From the NCBI RefSeq assembly GCF_006345805.1, contig NC_043000.1, positions 150,102,001 through 150,166,000 of the forward strand: a stretch of DNA of 64,000 nucleotides, in the 5' to 3' direction. This stretch comes from Octopus sinensis (taxonomy: Eukaryota). The position numbers were made by a program, and so were the translations under genes. How positions within the stretch are numbered: the first letter of the stretch is position 1; each line of letters opens with the position of its first letter. The notes below the pieces were generated by a model. It ran no database searches. It was not told the DNA's origin and worked only from the letters and a program-made list of their open reading frames with translations. Below, in pieces: positions 61,916-64,000 of the stretch.

Positions 61916-62133
61916 CCCTTTAGCATTCAGATTACTCTGTCAAACGTAATGCTTATTCATGTTGTTTTTAAAATTAATCATGTATTACATTGTAGCTTAG
62001 GGATTTTGAAGATGTGATTGTTTATTTTTAGAATGACATTGCAGGGTAGATGTGAGATGCTGGAGATGGCTAGTTTGAGCATAAAACAGGTAGACTATTT
62101 GGGTCAGATGTGGCCAGTTTAAATACTAGAGAG
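61916..62133. mobile_element. MITE family 2, opposite orientation, degenerate ends
   Basis: Homologous to the reverse complement of 55820-56040. Confidence 0.7.
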
Positions 62134-62160
62134 TTACTTCTAATCTATTACATCTCCATT

Positions 62161-62380
62161 AGGCGGCGAGCTGGCAGGAACGTTAGCGCAAAGGGCGAAA
62201 TGCTTTGTGGTATTTCATCTGTCGTTACGTTCTGAGTTCAAATTCTGCCAAGGTCGACTTTGCCTTTCATCCTCTCGGGGTCGATAAATAAAGTACTGGG
62301 TCGATGTAATCGACTTAATCCCTTTGTCTGTTCTTGTTTGTCCCCTCTATGTTTAGCCCCTTGTGGGTAGTAAAGAAATA
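62161..62380 (+). mobile_element. SINE family B, full length
   Basis: Imperfect TSD tattacatctcca (62147-62159) and tattacatcatctcca (from 62381). Confidence 0.9.
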
Positions 62381-64000
62381 TATTACATCATCTCCAAACT
62401 ACATCCAGCTTTTCTAACTTCAAGCAATTGTACCATTCTATAAATCTTGTTACTATTCATTTATTAAATTGAAAACATAAGCAAATGGCATCATTAAAAA
62501 AAAAATTACAATTATTTTAGGCGTTAACCGCCATCTGATAAAGCCAATTTTTCAAAAGTAATTTTATATCACTAAATATATTTTATAAAATATCACTTAA
62601 AAGAAACTCTTGAAATTTTTTAAAAGCAGTTTCAAATTAAACACTACTACTCTTGTAACTTTTTGTTTATTTTTAAGGAGGGAAGTCTTCAGATTTCTAT
62701 GTTTTAATTACAAATGTATATACAGAATTATAAATAAATGCATCTAAAAGTAGCAGTTAGTTGAAAAGATAGACCTTAAATAAAACTAAATCAACAGAAA
62801 TATATCCAGTTTAATGATTTTCTCTCAAGGCTGCACTCTCACTGTCATAAGTTGCATTGACCCTTCAGAATGCTATATTTGGCCCTTCAGAAAGTCACAC
62901 TTAGTCCCTGAAAAAACTGCAAGCTCCCTACCTCTGACATAACCCATTTTATATCCTCACAAAAAACTTATATTACTAATGTACTTTAGGTTTCTGCAGT
63001 ATTATATCTTGAGTGTTGAGGAGGTGGGGTGTAGCCTAATAATTCTTGTTTTTATTCTGTTTTTGTATTTTCATTTTCACAGAATTTCAAGTGTTCCCAT
63101 TGTTTATTTAAATTATAATATTTCTTTCATCATTTAACCTAATTACAACTAAACTCATCAAATCTGAATATCTAGGATTACTAACTTTTTTTCCTTTTAC
63201 CGCTTCCTTTTAGTAATAACTTAATGATAAATTACTTTTAACTGCTTTGATCCCAGTCAGTTGTTTAGGAATTTTTTTCTTGTTTGTTTGTTCTGTTGTT
63301 GTTTTTTTTCTGAATAATTTGTATCAATTTTCGTGTTTTAATTTTACATATATTCTTCTTTCCAAGTATAAGTAGGTTTGTTTATATTTTGATTATTTGT
63401 ATACTGTTGGAACATTCCTTACATTTAGCATTAACGTGAGTTGTATCAACAAATTAAATGATGCATAAGTAATGTGTTATTCTTTGAAGCACAACATAAT
63501 GGTTTGAGCAAACTTAGTCAATTCTTCCATAAATGCATGACAGGGACAGAGAAATAGTAGATTGACTGGTTAATTGATTGCCTTTCATTACACTTTTCCT
63601 GGAATATGACATATATTTTGCTAGCAGCATTACAAAAAGTAAAATGGTGCACCTCTTTTATTTCTTCTGCCAAGATTTTTGTTACTTAAATTTGCTTAAG
63701 TTAGTTTAAAGGAGATATGAAAGATGCTCTGAGAGAAAGTCATTAGATTTGGTCAGTGTATTGGATGTAGACGTTGACTGATATAAATATATAATTCATT
63801 TTTACTAAGGGTTTGGCATTTAAATAAAAACAAACAACTTAATCATTTTAACATCCATTAAAAATTTTAATGACTAGAAACCAAGTTCAGTTTTTCCACA
63901 CCAGCCTTTTTTCACTCTTTACCAAACAACTTTTCCACATCTTTAAATCTAATCAATTTATTCTCTGTCGGCATGTGTGTTTGTCTTCCTCTTGTACTGA

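Overview
AT-rich (about two-thirds A+T by eye), repeat-dense eukaryotic DNA. The SINE/LINE content (tRNA-headed SINEs, one with a Deu/Nin-type core; RTE LINEs with (ATG)n tails) suggests an octopus or other coleoid cephalopod; this is inference. The only host gene I can support is a + strand R3H/SUZ-domain RNA-binding protein gene (R3HDM1/2, ARPP21, encore family). Eight coding exons from the ATG at 6739 to 47833 splice in phase into 326 codons, and the gene runs past the window end. Everything else is intron or upstream sequence, filled with RTE, RTEX and CR1 LINE fragments, three SINE families, mariner remnants, TTAA-flanked MITEs, foldback elements, microsatellites and a 39-copy 35-bp minisatellite. 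The most interesting signal is a set of short (about 200-250 bp) elements embedded in (TA)n tracts between about 3 and 11.2 kb. Each carries a type I hammerhead-ribozyme fold with a different non-canonical catalytic core: CUGUUGA, CCGACGA, CCGAAGA, or UUGAAAA with a compensatory U3-A8 pair. They resemble Penelope-associated or retrozyme-like motifs. All folds were read by eye and none is shown to be active. Coordinates were counted manually, and repeat boundaries are approximate.
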